Of a stretch of 32,000 bases of DNA, positions 18,210-26,440 are shown piece after piece. Location of the stretch: the NCBI RefSeq assembly GCF_008065095.1, contig NZ_CP042911.1:2550001-2582000 (forward strand). Direction: 5' to 3'. The translations under genes and the position numbers were made by a program. The stretch is from Gemmata obscuriglobus. GTDB lineage: Bacteria; Planctomycetota; Planctomycetia; Gemmatales; Gemmataceae. Positions within the stretch are counted from its first letter, which is position 1. Each line of letters begins with the position of its first letter. The notes under the pieces were generated by a model. The model made no database searches. It had not been told where the DNA came from and saw only the letters and a program-made list of their open reading frames with translations.

Positions 18210-18535
18210 GAAGTGCATCCCGGTGGCGCACTCACGGTCCGGCAGTTGGTTTTGTCTTTGTGGTACGGCCGTTCCTGTCCGCACAGTCTTAAATCGCCGC
18301 ACAGACAGAAACGTTCCTGGCCACCCGCACCCCGAGTGGCGGCGAGCAGCGATCCGCTCGGTGCCATCGTAGACAAATATCTCGGCGCGCGCCCCGTCCC
18401 GCATGCCTCCAATGCAACGCTCTCGCGAGGGGAAGATCGTCGGCTCGTTGCTGAAGCGGCCCGTCGCATAACGGGGGGGCGAAAGCCTCCTCGTGTCGTT
18501 TGGTATGGTTCAGCGGGCGCGAACGGAGGGTGTGT

Positions 18536-19192
18536 ATGGACCGCTGGTTCGACGGCGTGTACCTGGTCGGCCGGTACACCTGGCTGCAAACGGGTGTCTG
18601 GTTGCTCGCACACAACGGTGAAGCCGCGGTTCTGGAACAACCGCCCACCAACATGACCGGGACCGGGTTCGGGCCGGACCCGGCGGCCGATGTCGAACGC
18701 GCGGCGGCTCAACTCGGCGTGCGTGTGCGGTTCCTGCTCTGCACGCACACCCACACCGACCACTTCAGCACCCGCACCTTCGACTCGCTGCGCCAGCGGT
18801 TCCCGACCGCCGAACCGGTGTTCCAGCGCGGGTTCCACAAGCTGACCGGCGACAGCCCCGGGGTGCGGTACTTCGACCACGAGTGCGAACTGTCGGTCGG
18901 CGGCGAGCCGCTCCACCTCGTCCACGCGCCGAAGCACAGTTGGACCGACACCGTGGTGCTGTTCCGCGGCGCCGCGTGTACCGGCGACTGGGAACTGAAC
19001 ACGCTCCGCACCGTCAACGAGAGCGTCCCGGTGCCGGCGCGGCTACAGTCCTGCGAGCGGCTCATCGGGTTCGTGCGGCAGACGGGATACCGCGTCCACC
19101 GCGTGTACTCGGTCCACGCGAACGACCGGCGCGAGTGCGTGGACTTCCCGGCGCTGATTGCCGACACGCGAACCGATCGCAAACTGTGGTGA
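18536..19192 (+). CDS. MBL-fold metallo-hydrolase
   Basis: Contains the H-x-H-x-D-H motif (LLCTHTHTDHF). ATG at 18536 is preceded by ggaggg 7 nt upstream; the track start at 18500 is a TTG. The sequence is MDRWFDGVYLVGRY...NGEAAVLEQP, with later His/Asp ligand candidates (HAPKHSWTD, CTGDWE, SVHAND). Confidence 0.85.
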   Translation: MDRWFDGVYLVGRYTWLQTGVWLLAHNGEAAVLEQPPTNMTGTGFGPDPAADVERAAAQLGVRVRFLLCTHTHTDHFSTRTFDSLRQRFPTAEPVFQRGFHKLTGDSPGVRYFDHECELSVGGEPLHLVHAPKHSWTDTVVLFRGAACTGDWELNTLRTVNESVPVPARLQSCERLIGFVRQTGYRVHRVYSVHANDRRECVDFPALIADTRTDRKLW

Positions 19193-19193
19193 C

Positions 19194-20093
19194 CTACGCC
19201 GACGGGGGCTGCGCCGTTCCCGGTACGTGCGAACCCGCGTGCCCGGTCGGCTCTTCGTGCTGCGGGGCGAGCCGGCGGAACGGGTACGCGAGTTGGCCGA
19301 GGAGCGTTTCGGGCGGCGGGTCGTGGTTCACCCCGAACTGCACCGGCTCACGTTTCGGGAAGTGGGCGGTGCCGAACAGCAGGTCCCAGAGCGGGAACAT
19401 GCCCGCGAAGTTCTTGTCCAGTCCCTCCTCGTCGCGCGTGTGGTGCCAGCGGTGGTACCGCGGGCTGACGATCACCCACCGGAACGGCCCGTAGTCCCAG
19501 TTCAGGTTCGAGTGCAGCACGATCACGAAGAACACCAGCACCGGCACCACGATCAGGATCGCCTTGGCCGACAGGCCGACCAGCACCACCGGCACCACCT
19601 GGCACAGCCGGGTGATGAAGTCGTTCACCGGGTGCATCCGGGCCGACGCGAGCCAGTTCATGTGCTCCGGGCTGTGGTGGATCGCGTGGAACCGCCACGC
19701 CCGCGACACGTGGAACCAGCGGTGCGTCCAGTAGTCCACGAAGTCGGCGAGCACCAGGATCTCGATCGTCTGGAGCCACAGCGGCTGGCGCCCGAGCGGC
19801 CCGAACCCGTCGAGGACACTTTCGTCGAGCGGCCAGCCCAGGGCGGCGCACGCGGCCAGCCCGATCAGGCACACCACGAGCTTCGAGACGATCTGAATCA
19901 CCAGCGGGTTGATGAACCAGTACGTCACGTTCAGCACCAGCGCGCGCCGCGGCACTTGTTGCGCCGGGTGGGCGGGGAACAGGCGCTCCAGCAGCGTGAA
20001 GGCCGCGGGCATGACCGCAGCCAGCATCAGCATTTTCGACCAGGTCGGCAGGGCGCCGATCTGGTCCAGCAGGTTGAAGACGGTTTCGGTCAT
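19194..20093 (-). CDS. Fatty acid hydroxylase / sterol desaturase family membrane di-iron enzyme
   Basis: Three His boxes are present: HRWFH, HAIHH and HRWHH (plus HSNLNWDYG), embedded in four hydrophobic helices. The ATG is at 20093. The stop lies 1 nt from the convergent MBL gene stop. Confidence 0.9.
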   Translation of the reverse strand: MTETVFNLLDQIGALPTWSKMLMLAAVMPAAFTLLERLFPAHPAQQVPRRALVLNVTYWFINPLVIQIVSKLVVCLIGLAACAALGWPLDESVLDGFGPLGRQPLWLQTIEILVLADFVDYWTHRWFHVSRAWRFHAIHHSPEHMNWLASARMHPVNDFITRLCQVVPVVLVGLSAKAILIVVPVLVFFVIVLHSNLNWDYGPFRWVIVSPRYHRWHHTRDEEGLDKNFAGMFPLWDLLFGTAHFPKREPVQFGVNHDPPPETLLGQLAYPFRRLAPQHEEPTGHAGSHVPGTAQPPSA

Positions 20094-20624
20094 GGCTGGT
20101 TCGTGGGTCTCTGGGCTGCGACGCAGCGGCTCCTGCCGCGAATCGGTTCCGACCCGACCTGAATACTAGCCGGGAGCGCGCTCAACGGGAATGGCTCTCG
20201 TAAGCATCTTCGAGAGCAATCCGGCCGACGTTTGAGTGCGCGGCGCTTCAACCGGCATGTACGGCTCAAGTCGTGCCGCCGGCGCGCGCAGACGGTTTTC
20301 GCCTTGTCAGGAATTCGCCCATTCGCGCCTGACATTTGTGAATGCGATCGGTAGGCCGAGCACGTCCCACGTTGGGCGCGCGGGCGCTAGCACCTTTGAT
20401 GCCACCAGCCGGCCGAGAAGGGAACGTCGGTTGCCGCACAGGGAGCGGGGCCGAATTGAGACGCCGGTACCCCAGGTCGGTTTCTGAAAGATTGTGTCGG
20501 ATTCTTGAGCCGCTCCCGGTACGAAGGATTCCTGATGCGTTCGGGGGACGGATCGGCGATACTGAATGGACCTCCGGTTCGCGCTCTCGCTCCCAGCAGA
20601 ACCTCCCGCTGCACGGTGCTCGCG

Positions 20625-23450
20625 ATGCGATTCGCTGCTCTCCCTCCAGTCGTGATGCTCGCGGCGCTGGTTCCCGCCGTGCCGCTCCCTGCGTCCGACG
20701 CGCCGAAACCACTCACGCCGGCCGAAACCGAGTTCTTCGAGAAGAAGATCCGGCCGGTACTCACCCAGCACTGCGCGGGCTGCCACTCCGCCGATGCCGA
20801 GAAGAACAAGAAGCTCAAGGGGAGCCTGTTCGTCGATTCGCGCGACGGGTTGCTCAAAGGCGGCGACAGCGGGCCGTCCGTCGTCGCCGGCAAGCCGGGC
20901 GAGAGCCTGCTGCTCAAGACGATGAAGTACGACGGCGACCTCCAGATGCCGCCCAAGGGCAAACTGCCGGACGCCGTCATCAAGGACTTCGAGAAGTGGA
21001 TCGCGATGGGCGCGCCGGACCCGCGCGGCGACTCGGGCGCACCCAAGAAGCAGATCGGGCTGAGCACCGAACAGGGGCGCAAGTTCTGGGCTTACAAGCT
21101 CCCCGCCCCGGTCGCGGTGCCGGACGTGCGGACCCACAAGGCCGAGGTTCGCAACGAGATCGACAGCTTCGTACTGGCCGCGCTCGAAAAGAAAGGGCTC
21201 AAGCCCGCCAAAGAAGCCGACCGCGCGACCCTGGCCCGCCGGTTGTACTACGACCTTACCGGGCTGCCACCGGCGCCCGAAGAGGTCGACGCGTTCGTCA
21301 ACGCGAAGACCCCCGACGCTTACGAAAAGCTGGTCGACAAGCTCCTCGCGTCGCCGCAGTTCGGCGAGCGCTGGGGCCGGCACTGGCTCGACATCGCGCG
21401 TTACGCCGAGTCGGTCACCCTCCGCGGGCTCGTGTTCAAGGAGGCCTGGCGCTACCGCGACTACGTCATCGACAGCTTCAACGCCGATAAGCCCTTCGAC
21501 CAGTTCGTGCGCGAGCAACTCGCGGGTGACCTCCTTACTGCCACCGACCGCGCCGAGCGGACCCGCAACCTGATCGCCACGACGTTCCTACAACTCGGTA
21601 ACACGAACCTCGAAGAGCAGGACAAGAAGCAACTCCGCATGGACGTGGTGGACGAGCAACTCGATGTCATTACAAAGGGGTTCCTGGCGCAGACCGTCAC
21701 CTGCGCGCGGTGCCACGACCACAAGTTCGACCCGATTCCCACCAAGGACTACTACGCCCTCGCCGGCATCCTCCGCAACGTCAAGGCACTGGAAAACGCC
21801 AACGTGTCGAAATGGGTGGAGGTGCCGCTGCCCGCCACGCCAGAGGCCGAAGCCGCGCTGAAGAGGCACGAGAGCGCCGTCGCCGCGCTCCAGACCAAGA
21901 TCGCCGCCGCAAAAGCGAAGGGCGGTCCGAAGGTCGCGAGCGGCGTGCTGGCGGTCAAAGACGTGGCCGGGGTCGTGGTGGACGACGCGCAGGCCAAGAA
22001 GGTCGGCGCGTGGACCGCTTCGACGTTCAACGCCACCTATATCGGCACCGGGTACGTTCACGACGGCAACGCCGGCAAGGGCGAGAAGACGCTGACGTTC
22101 CAGCCCGAGAGCCTGCCGCCGGGCAAGTACGAGGTGCGGCTCGCCTACTCCGGCGGGGCGAGCCGCGCCGACAAGGTGCCCGTCCACATCAACAGCGCGG
22201 ACGGCGAAAAAGAGCTGTTCGTGGACATGAAGAAGGCGCCGCCGATCGAAGGCCGGTACGTCTCGCTCGGCGAGTTCCGGTTCGAGAAGGGCGGCTTGGC
22301 CTACGTCCTCGTGTCGAACGAGGACACGAAGGGGCACGTTTGCCCGGACGCGGTCGTGTTTCTGCCGCTCGACAAGAAGGAGCAGGGGAAGGACGACAAG
22401 CCGGTCCCGAAGAGCCCTTCCGACGACGTGAAGGCGCTCGAAGCCGAACTGAAGAAGCTCCAGGACAGTGGCCCGAAGCGCGATCTGGTGATGTCGGTGG
22501 TTGAAGAGAAGGTGATCGAGGACACGAAGGTTCACGTTCGCGGTAACGTCCACAACCTCGGCGAGCCGGCGCCGCGCGGGTTCCTCTCGGTGGCCCTGCA
22601 CGGCACCCCGCCGAGCGTTCCGACGGCCCAGAGCGGGCGCAAAGAACTCGCCGAGTGGATCGCCTCAAGGGACAACCCGCTCACGGCGCGCGTCTACGCG
22701 AACCGGGCGTGGCACTGGCTGCTCGGCGCGGGGCTCGTGCGCACCGTAGACAACTTCGGCGTGACGGGTGAAGTGCCGTCGAACCCGGAACTGCTCGACC
22801 ACCTCGCAGCCAAGTTCCAGGGCACGTGGAGCGTCAAGGAGTTGGTGCGGTACATCGTGCTGAGCCGCACGTACCGCCAGAGTACGACCGGTGACGAGGC
22901 TACCGCCGCCGCTGACCCGGAGAACCGCCTGTACGGCCGGGCGAACCGGCGGCGACTCGAAGCCGAAGCGATCCGGGATACCGTTCTGGCGGTGAGCGGC
23001 CAACTCGACCCGGCGCGCGGCGGGCAAACGTTCCCGTCTTCGCTCGCGGCGGACTACGCGTTCAAATCGAACTCGCTGCGCCGCAGCGTGTACCTCCCGC
23101 AGTTCCGCAACGCGTTCCCCGAGATGCTCGAAGCGTTCGACGCCGCCGACCCGAGTACGGTGACGGGCCAGCGCAACACCGGGACCGTCGCCCCGCAAGC
23201 GCTGTTCATGATGAACCACCCGTTCGTACTGGAACAGTCGAAGGCCGCCGCGGCGCGGCTCCTCGGCGAACCACACGCGGACGACACCGCCCGCGCCGCC
23301 CGCGCGTACCGGCTCGCGCTGGGGCGCGTCCCGACCGACGGCGAGCGTGAGGTCGCGCTGCGGTTCCTCAAGGGCAAATCCGATAAGGACGCCTGGGCCG
23401 CCGTGTTCCACGCGCTGTTTGCGTCCGCCGAGTTCCGCTACGTGAATTAA
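20625..23450 (+). CDS. PSCyt1 (planctomycete cytochrome c) / DUF1549 / DUF1553 (PSD1) protein with an inserted beta-sandwich domain
   Basis: ATG at 20625 gives the signal peptide MRFAALPPVVMLAALVPAVPLPA. Heme motif CAGCH at 20772-20786 within FFEKKIRPVLTQHCAGCHS. DUF1549-like EIDSFVLAALEKKGLKPAKEADRATLARRLYYDLTGLPP. CARCHDHKFDPI is present. The DUF1553-like C-terminus reads NPLTARVYANRAWHWLLGAGLVRTVDNFG ... FRYVN. Confidence 0.92.
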   Translation: MRFAALPPVVMLAALVPAVPLPASDAPKPLTPAETEFFEKKIRPVLTQHCAGCHSADAEKNKKLKGSLFVDSRDGLLKGGDSGPSVVAGKPGESLLLKTMKYDGDLQMPPKGKLPDAVIKDFEKWIAMGAPDPRGDSGAPKKQIGLSTEQGRKFWAYKLPAPVAVPDVRTHKAEVRNEIDSFVLAALEKKGLKPAKEADRATLARRLYYDLTGLPPAPEEVDAFVNAKTPDAYEKLVDKLLASPQFGERWGRHWLDIARYAESVTLRGLVFKEAWRYRDYVIDSFNADKPFDQFVREQLAGDLLTATDRAERTRNLIATTFLQLGNTNLEEQDKKQLRMDVVDEQLDVITKGFLAQTVTCARCHDHKFDPIPTKDYYALAGILRNVKALENANVSKWVEVPLPATPEAEAALKRHESAVAALQTKIAAAKAKGGPKVASGVLAVKDVAGVVVDDAQAKKVGAWTASTFNATYIGTGYVHDGNAGKGEKTLTFQPESLPPGKYEVRLAYSGGASRADKVPVHINSADGEKELFVDMKKAPPIEGRYVSLGEFRFEKGGLAYVLVSNEDTKGHVCPDAVVFLPLDKKEQGKDDKPVPKSPSDDVKALEAELKKLQDSGPKRDLVMSVVEEKVIEDTKVHVRGNVHNLGEPAPRGFLSVALHGTPPSVPTAQSGRKELAEWIASRDNPLTARVYANRAWHWLLGAGLVRTVDNFGVTGEVPSNPELLDHLAAKFQGTWSVKELVRYIVLSRTYRQSTTGDEATAAADPENRLYGRANRRRLEAEAIRDTVLAVSGQLDPARGGQTFPSSLAADYAFKSNSLRRSVYLPQFRNAFPEMLEAFDAADPSTVTGQRNTGTVAPQALFMMNHPFVLEQSKAAAARLLGEPHADDTARAARAYRLALGRVPTDGEREVALRFLKGKSDKDAWAAVFHALFASAEFRYVN

Positions 23451-23456
23451 TGCAGG

Positions 23457-23553
23457 AAGCGTTTTTGACAGGATCAACAGGATGGACAGGATAAGAAGAA
23501 AGAGATTGTTGAATTCAATCCTGTCCATCCTGTTGATCCTGTCAAAAACGCTT
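23457..23553. repeat. 36-bp perfect inverted repeat with a 25-nt A/T-rich spacer, between the DUF1553 and DUF1501 genes
   Basis: Base-by-base check: the reverse complement of 23457-23492 (aagcgtttttgacaggatcaacaggatggacaggat) is identical to 23518-23553. The spacer is aagaagaaagagattgttgaattca. Each arm carries three ACAGGAT units at 9-nt period (23468, 23477, 23486). The repeat starts 7 nt after the upstream stop and ends 40 nt before the downstream ATG. Confidence 0.9.
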
Positions 23554-23592
23554 TGACTTCCGCTGCCATTCCCACTCCGCGTGAGAGCCGAG

Positions 23593-25020
23593 ATGCTGCC
23601 GACCTTCTCCCGTCGCGAATGGCTGAGCCGCACCGGCTGCGGCTTCGGCGCGATGGCTCTTGCCGGGCTCGCGGCCCAGGAGTCCCGCGCCGCGGCCCCG
23701 GTCATCAACCCACTGGCACCAAAGGCCGGGCACCACCCGGCCCGGGCGAAGCGGGTGATCTTCCTGTTCATGCAGGGCGGGGTGTCGCACGTCGATTCCT
23801 ACGATTACAAGCCGGCCCTCGATAAGGAGGACGGCAAGCAGATCAAGTTCGACGACGCCCGGGTGATCGCGAACACCGGGATGCGCGGCAGCACGCAGCG
23901 GGTGATGAAGCCGCTGTGGACGTTCGCCCCGCGTGGCAAAACCGGGAAGTGGGCGTCCGACCTGTTCCCCGCGGTGAACGAGGTGATCGACGACCTGTGC
24001 TTCGTCCACTCGATGCGCACGGAGGGGGTGGCGCACGGGCCGGCAACGCTGTTCCTGCACTGCGGTTCGACGAGCTTCGTGCGCCCGAGCATGGGCTCGT
24101 GGGTGCTGTACGGGCTGGGCAGCGAGAACGCGAACCTCCCGGGGTTCGTGAGCATCGCGCCGTCGGCCGGCAACGGCGGCGCGCGAAACTACGGCAACGC
24201 GTTCATCCCCGCGATCTACCAGGGCACACCCGTGGGCCGCGCCGGCGCCCCCGCCAGCGAGGCGACGATCCGCAATCTGGTGCCCGGGCTGTCGCCGACC
24301 GCGGCCGAAGAACACTTCAACCTGCTGCGCGAACTCAACGCCGAACAACTGAAACAGAGGCCCGGCGACGCCGAACTGGAGGCGGTCGCCGCGTCCTACG
24401 AGCTGGCGTGGCGGATGCAGAAGAACGCCCCGGACGTGATGGACATCAGCAAGGAAACGAAGGAGACGCACAAGCTGTACGGGATCGGCGCCAAGGAAAC
24501 CGACAACTTCGGCAAGCAGTGCCTGATGGCGCGGCGGTTGAGTGAGGCCGGGGTCCGGTTCGTGCAGGTGACCTACGGCGACAACTCGGCGAACCCGGCG
24601 TGGGACCAGCACTCGAACCTGCCGAAGCACGGCGATCACGCCCGCGCCGTCGATCGACCGATCGCGGGGTTGCTCGCGGACCTGAAGCGCCGGGGGCTAC
24701 TCGAGGACACGATCGTGTGGTGGGGCGGGGAGTTCGGGCGGACGCCCTACGCGGAGAAGAACGGCACGGGGCGCGACCACAACCCGGGCGGGTTCACGGT
24801 GTGGCTCGCCGGCGGCGGGTTCAAGCCGGGGCTCTCGTTCGGCGCGACCGACGAGTTCGGCGCGCAGGCGGTGACCGACAAGGTCCACATGCACGACCTG
24901 CACGCGACGATCCTGCACCAGCTCGGGCTGAACCACGAGAAGCTGACCTTCAAGTACGCCGGCCGCGACTTCCGGCTCACCGACGTTCACGGGCACGTCG
25001 TGAAGGAACTGCTGGGGTGA
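23593..25020 (+). CDS. DUF1501 (sulfatase-like fold) protein with a twin-arginine signal
   Basis: The Tat-like N-terminus is MLPTFSRREWLSRTGCGFGAMALAGLAA. The sequence continues RVIFLFMQGGVSHVDSYDYKP ... LEDTIVWWGGEFGRTP ... GRDHNPGGFTVWLAGGG ... HMHDLHATILHQLGL, the typical DUF1501 pattern. ATG at 23593; the track start at 23581 is a GTG. Confidence 0.92.
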   Translation: MLPTFSRREWLSRTGCGFGAMALAGLAAQESRAAAPVINPLAPKAGHHPARAKRVIFLFMQGGVSHVDSYDYKPALDKEDGKQIKFDDARVIANTGMRGSTQRVMKPLWTFAPRGKTGKWASDLFPAVNEVIDDLCFVHSMRTEGVAHGPATLFLHCGSTSFVRPSMGSWVLYGLGSENANLPGFVSIAPSAGNGGARNYGNAFIPAIYQGTPVGRAGAPASEATIRNLVPGLSPTAAEEHFNLLRELNAEQLKQRPGDAELEAVAASYELAWRMQKNAPDVMDISKETKETHKLYGIGAKETDNFGKQCLMARRLSEAGVRFVQVTYGDNSANPAWDQHSNLPKHGDHARAVDRPIAGLLADLKRRGLLEDTIVWWGGEFGRTPYAEKNGTGRDHNPGGFTVWLAGGGFKPGLSFGATDEFGAQAVTDKVHMHDLHATILHQLGLNHEKLTFKYAGRDFRLTDVHGHVVKELLG

Positions 25021-25028
25021 TACCAAGT

Positions 25029-25129
25029 CCAGTCGTTTCAAGTTCCAGGTCGGAACCCCGCTCGTCACAAGCGCCGGCGATTCGTGTCGCTCGTGACTCC
25101 ACTTGGAACTTGGAACCTGGAACTACTGG
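25029..25129. repeat. ~100-nt imperfect hairpin with GGAAC-heptad arms, between convergent genes
   Basis: Hand pairing: 25037-25050 (ttcaagttccaggt) pairs with 25101-25114 (acttggaacttgga), including 2 G-U pairs. 25029-25033 ccagt pairs with 25125-25129 actgg. The inner stem is 25064-25073 gtcacaagcg vs 25088-25097 cgctcgtgac (9/10). The right arm is the 7-nt tandem acttgga, acttgga, acctgga, so the pairing register is ambiguous. Confidence 0.5.
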
Positions 25130-25247
25130 ATTCGATGTGCGACGCCTGGCCCCCTTGAGACGCGGCACCGCGTTCGGCGGCGTGTCTTTTTCTCCGGAGC
25201 GATACCACCCGGCTGCGTTCGCAGAAAACGCCCCGCATTCCGTCGAG

Positions 25248-26219
25248 CTATTTGATCTGAAAGTGGCCGCGCAACTCGCGCAGGATCGACATCGAGTACA
25301 GCCCGGCGCTGACGTGCCCGGCTTCGAGCCACACGATCCGCTGCTTGCCGGTCGCCTCCCACAGCGCGGTCGCGGCCTTCGCCGGAACCACGTCGTCGTT
25401 CGTTGCCGCGATCATGAGGAGGTTTTTGTCCTTCAGCCGGGGCGCGTAGGTGAGCGGATCGACCGGGGCGATGAGCCGCTTCACGAGGCCCTTCCCGCCG
25501 ACCGCGTCGAGCGCCTTGCGCACGTCTTGGCCTTTCGGGTGGTCGTAGTACGCGTCCACCAGTCCGCCGCCGCCCAGCACCATGCACACGTTCTTCACCC
25601 GCGGCTCGTTGGCTGACGTAAGGGCGGTGAGGAAACTGCCAAGGCTCGTGCCCACCATCCCGAGCCGGTCGGCGTCGACCTCGTCGCGCCCCGCGAGCCA
25701 CGCGAGCGCGCACCGGCAGTCCATCACGCCCTGCCGGATGCCCGTGAGCGTGCGCGGGATGTTGGTCGAAACGAGCTTCGCCTTGCTGTCCGGGGCGCGG
25801 CGCTGGTTGTAGTGCGGGAGGACCACCACGAGCGCCGCGACGCCGTTCTGGGCCAGCCACGTCGCCTCGCCGCGGGCGATGCGCTGGTTCCCTTGCATGA
25901 TGTCGAGCACCACGACCGCGGGGAACTTGCCCGGCCCGCTGGGAACGAAGTACTCCGCGTAAACGGTGTTGTTCTCGGTCACGTCCGACGGGAGCGGCGA
26001 CGGGAACGTGAGGTCGTAAACGGTGACGCCGCTGTGGCGGAGTTGGTAGCGGTCGGAGAGACGAAACGTGCCCTGGTACGGCTGCTGGAAGCGGTACCCC
26101 TCGGCGATCGGCGTCTTCTCCGGGTCCGCCGGAACGGACAGCGTGCCCGTGGTGTCCGCCCCCGGCGCGAAGGCGTGTGAGCCGAGTGCGGCGACGAGAG
26201 CGAGAGTGAGGCGTGACAT
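25248..26219 (-). CDS. Secreted alpha/beta hydrolase (dienelactone-hydrolase / esterase-like)
   Basis: ATG at 26219 (cat at 26217-26219) gives the signal peptide MSRLTLALVAALGSHAFA. Nucleophile elbow GTSLGS, acid candidate in AATNDDVVP, and His in LEAGHVSA. The 73 upstream codons in the track ORF are Arg-rich junk. Confidence 0.85.
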   Translation of the reverse strand: MSRLTLALVAALGSHAFAPGADTTGTLSVPADPEKTPIAEGYRFQQPYQGTFRLSDRYQLRHSGVTVYDLTFPSPLPSDVTENNTVYAEYFVPSGPGKFPAVVVLDIMQGNQRIARGEATWLAQNGVAALVVVLPHYNQRRAPDSKAKLVSTNIPRTLTGIRQGVMDCRCALAWLAGRDEVDADRLGMVGTSLGSFLTALTSANEPRVKNVCMVLGGGGLVDAYYDHPKGQDVRKALDAVGGKGLVKRLIAPVDPLTYAPRLKDKNLLMIAATNDDVVPAKAATALWEATGKQRIVWLEAGHVSAGLYSMSILRELRGHFQIK

Positions 26220-26440
26220 GCGCGCGGCCCCGCGTCCTGTGTGTCGTACCCTTTCATGGTACGCGCGGCCGCGCCGGCACTCAACAACGAAGCCGCGGCG
26301 GTGAAGGCTCGGGGTTTCGGTGCGGGTGTCGCGTTCCGCGTCGCGGCCCCTCGGCCGCGACGGTCCAATTCGGTGGCCCGTCACCCGTGTTAAACGGTAA
26401 GATGTGCCCTGTCCGCGCGCCACCGCACGAGGTTCCATCG

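Noticed and set aside
18210-18535. Possible small gene or pseudogene in the 326-nt acylase-MBL spacer (minus-frame peptide ...RFSNEPTIFPSRERCIGGMRDGARAEIFVYDGTERIAARR...)
   Set aside because: The frame continues as an obvious antisense shadow far into the acylase gene. There is no credible start or Shine-Dalgarno motif, and I recognise no motif.
19194-20093. Interpreting the sterol desaturase family gene as evidence of a sterol biosynthesis cluster
   Set aside because: The His-box di-iron family (FA_hydroxylase) is broad, covering fatty-acid and sphingolipid hydroxylases, carotenoid enzymes and others. No squalene monooxygenase, oxidosqualene cyclase or other sterol genes are in the window.
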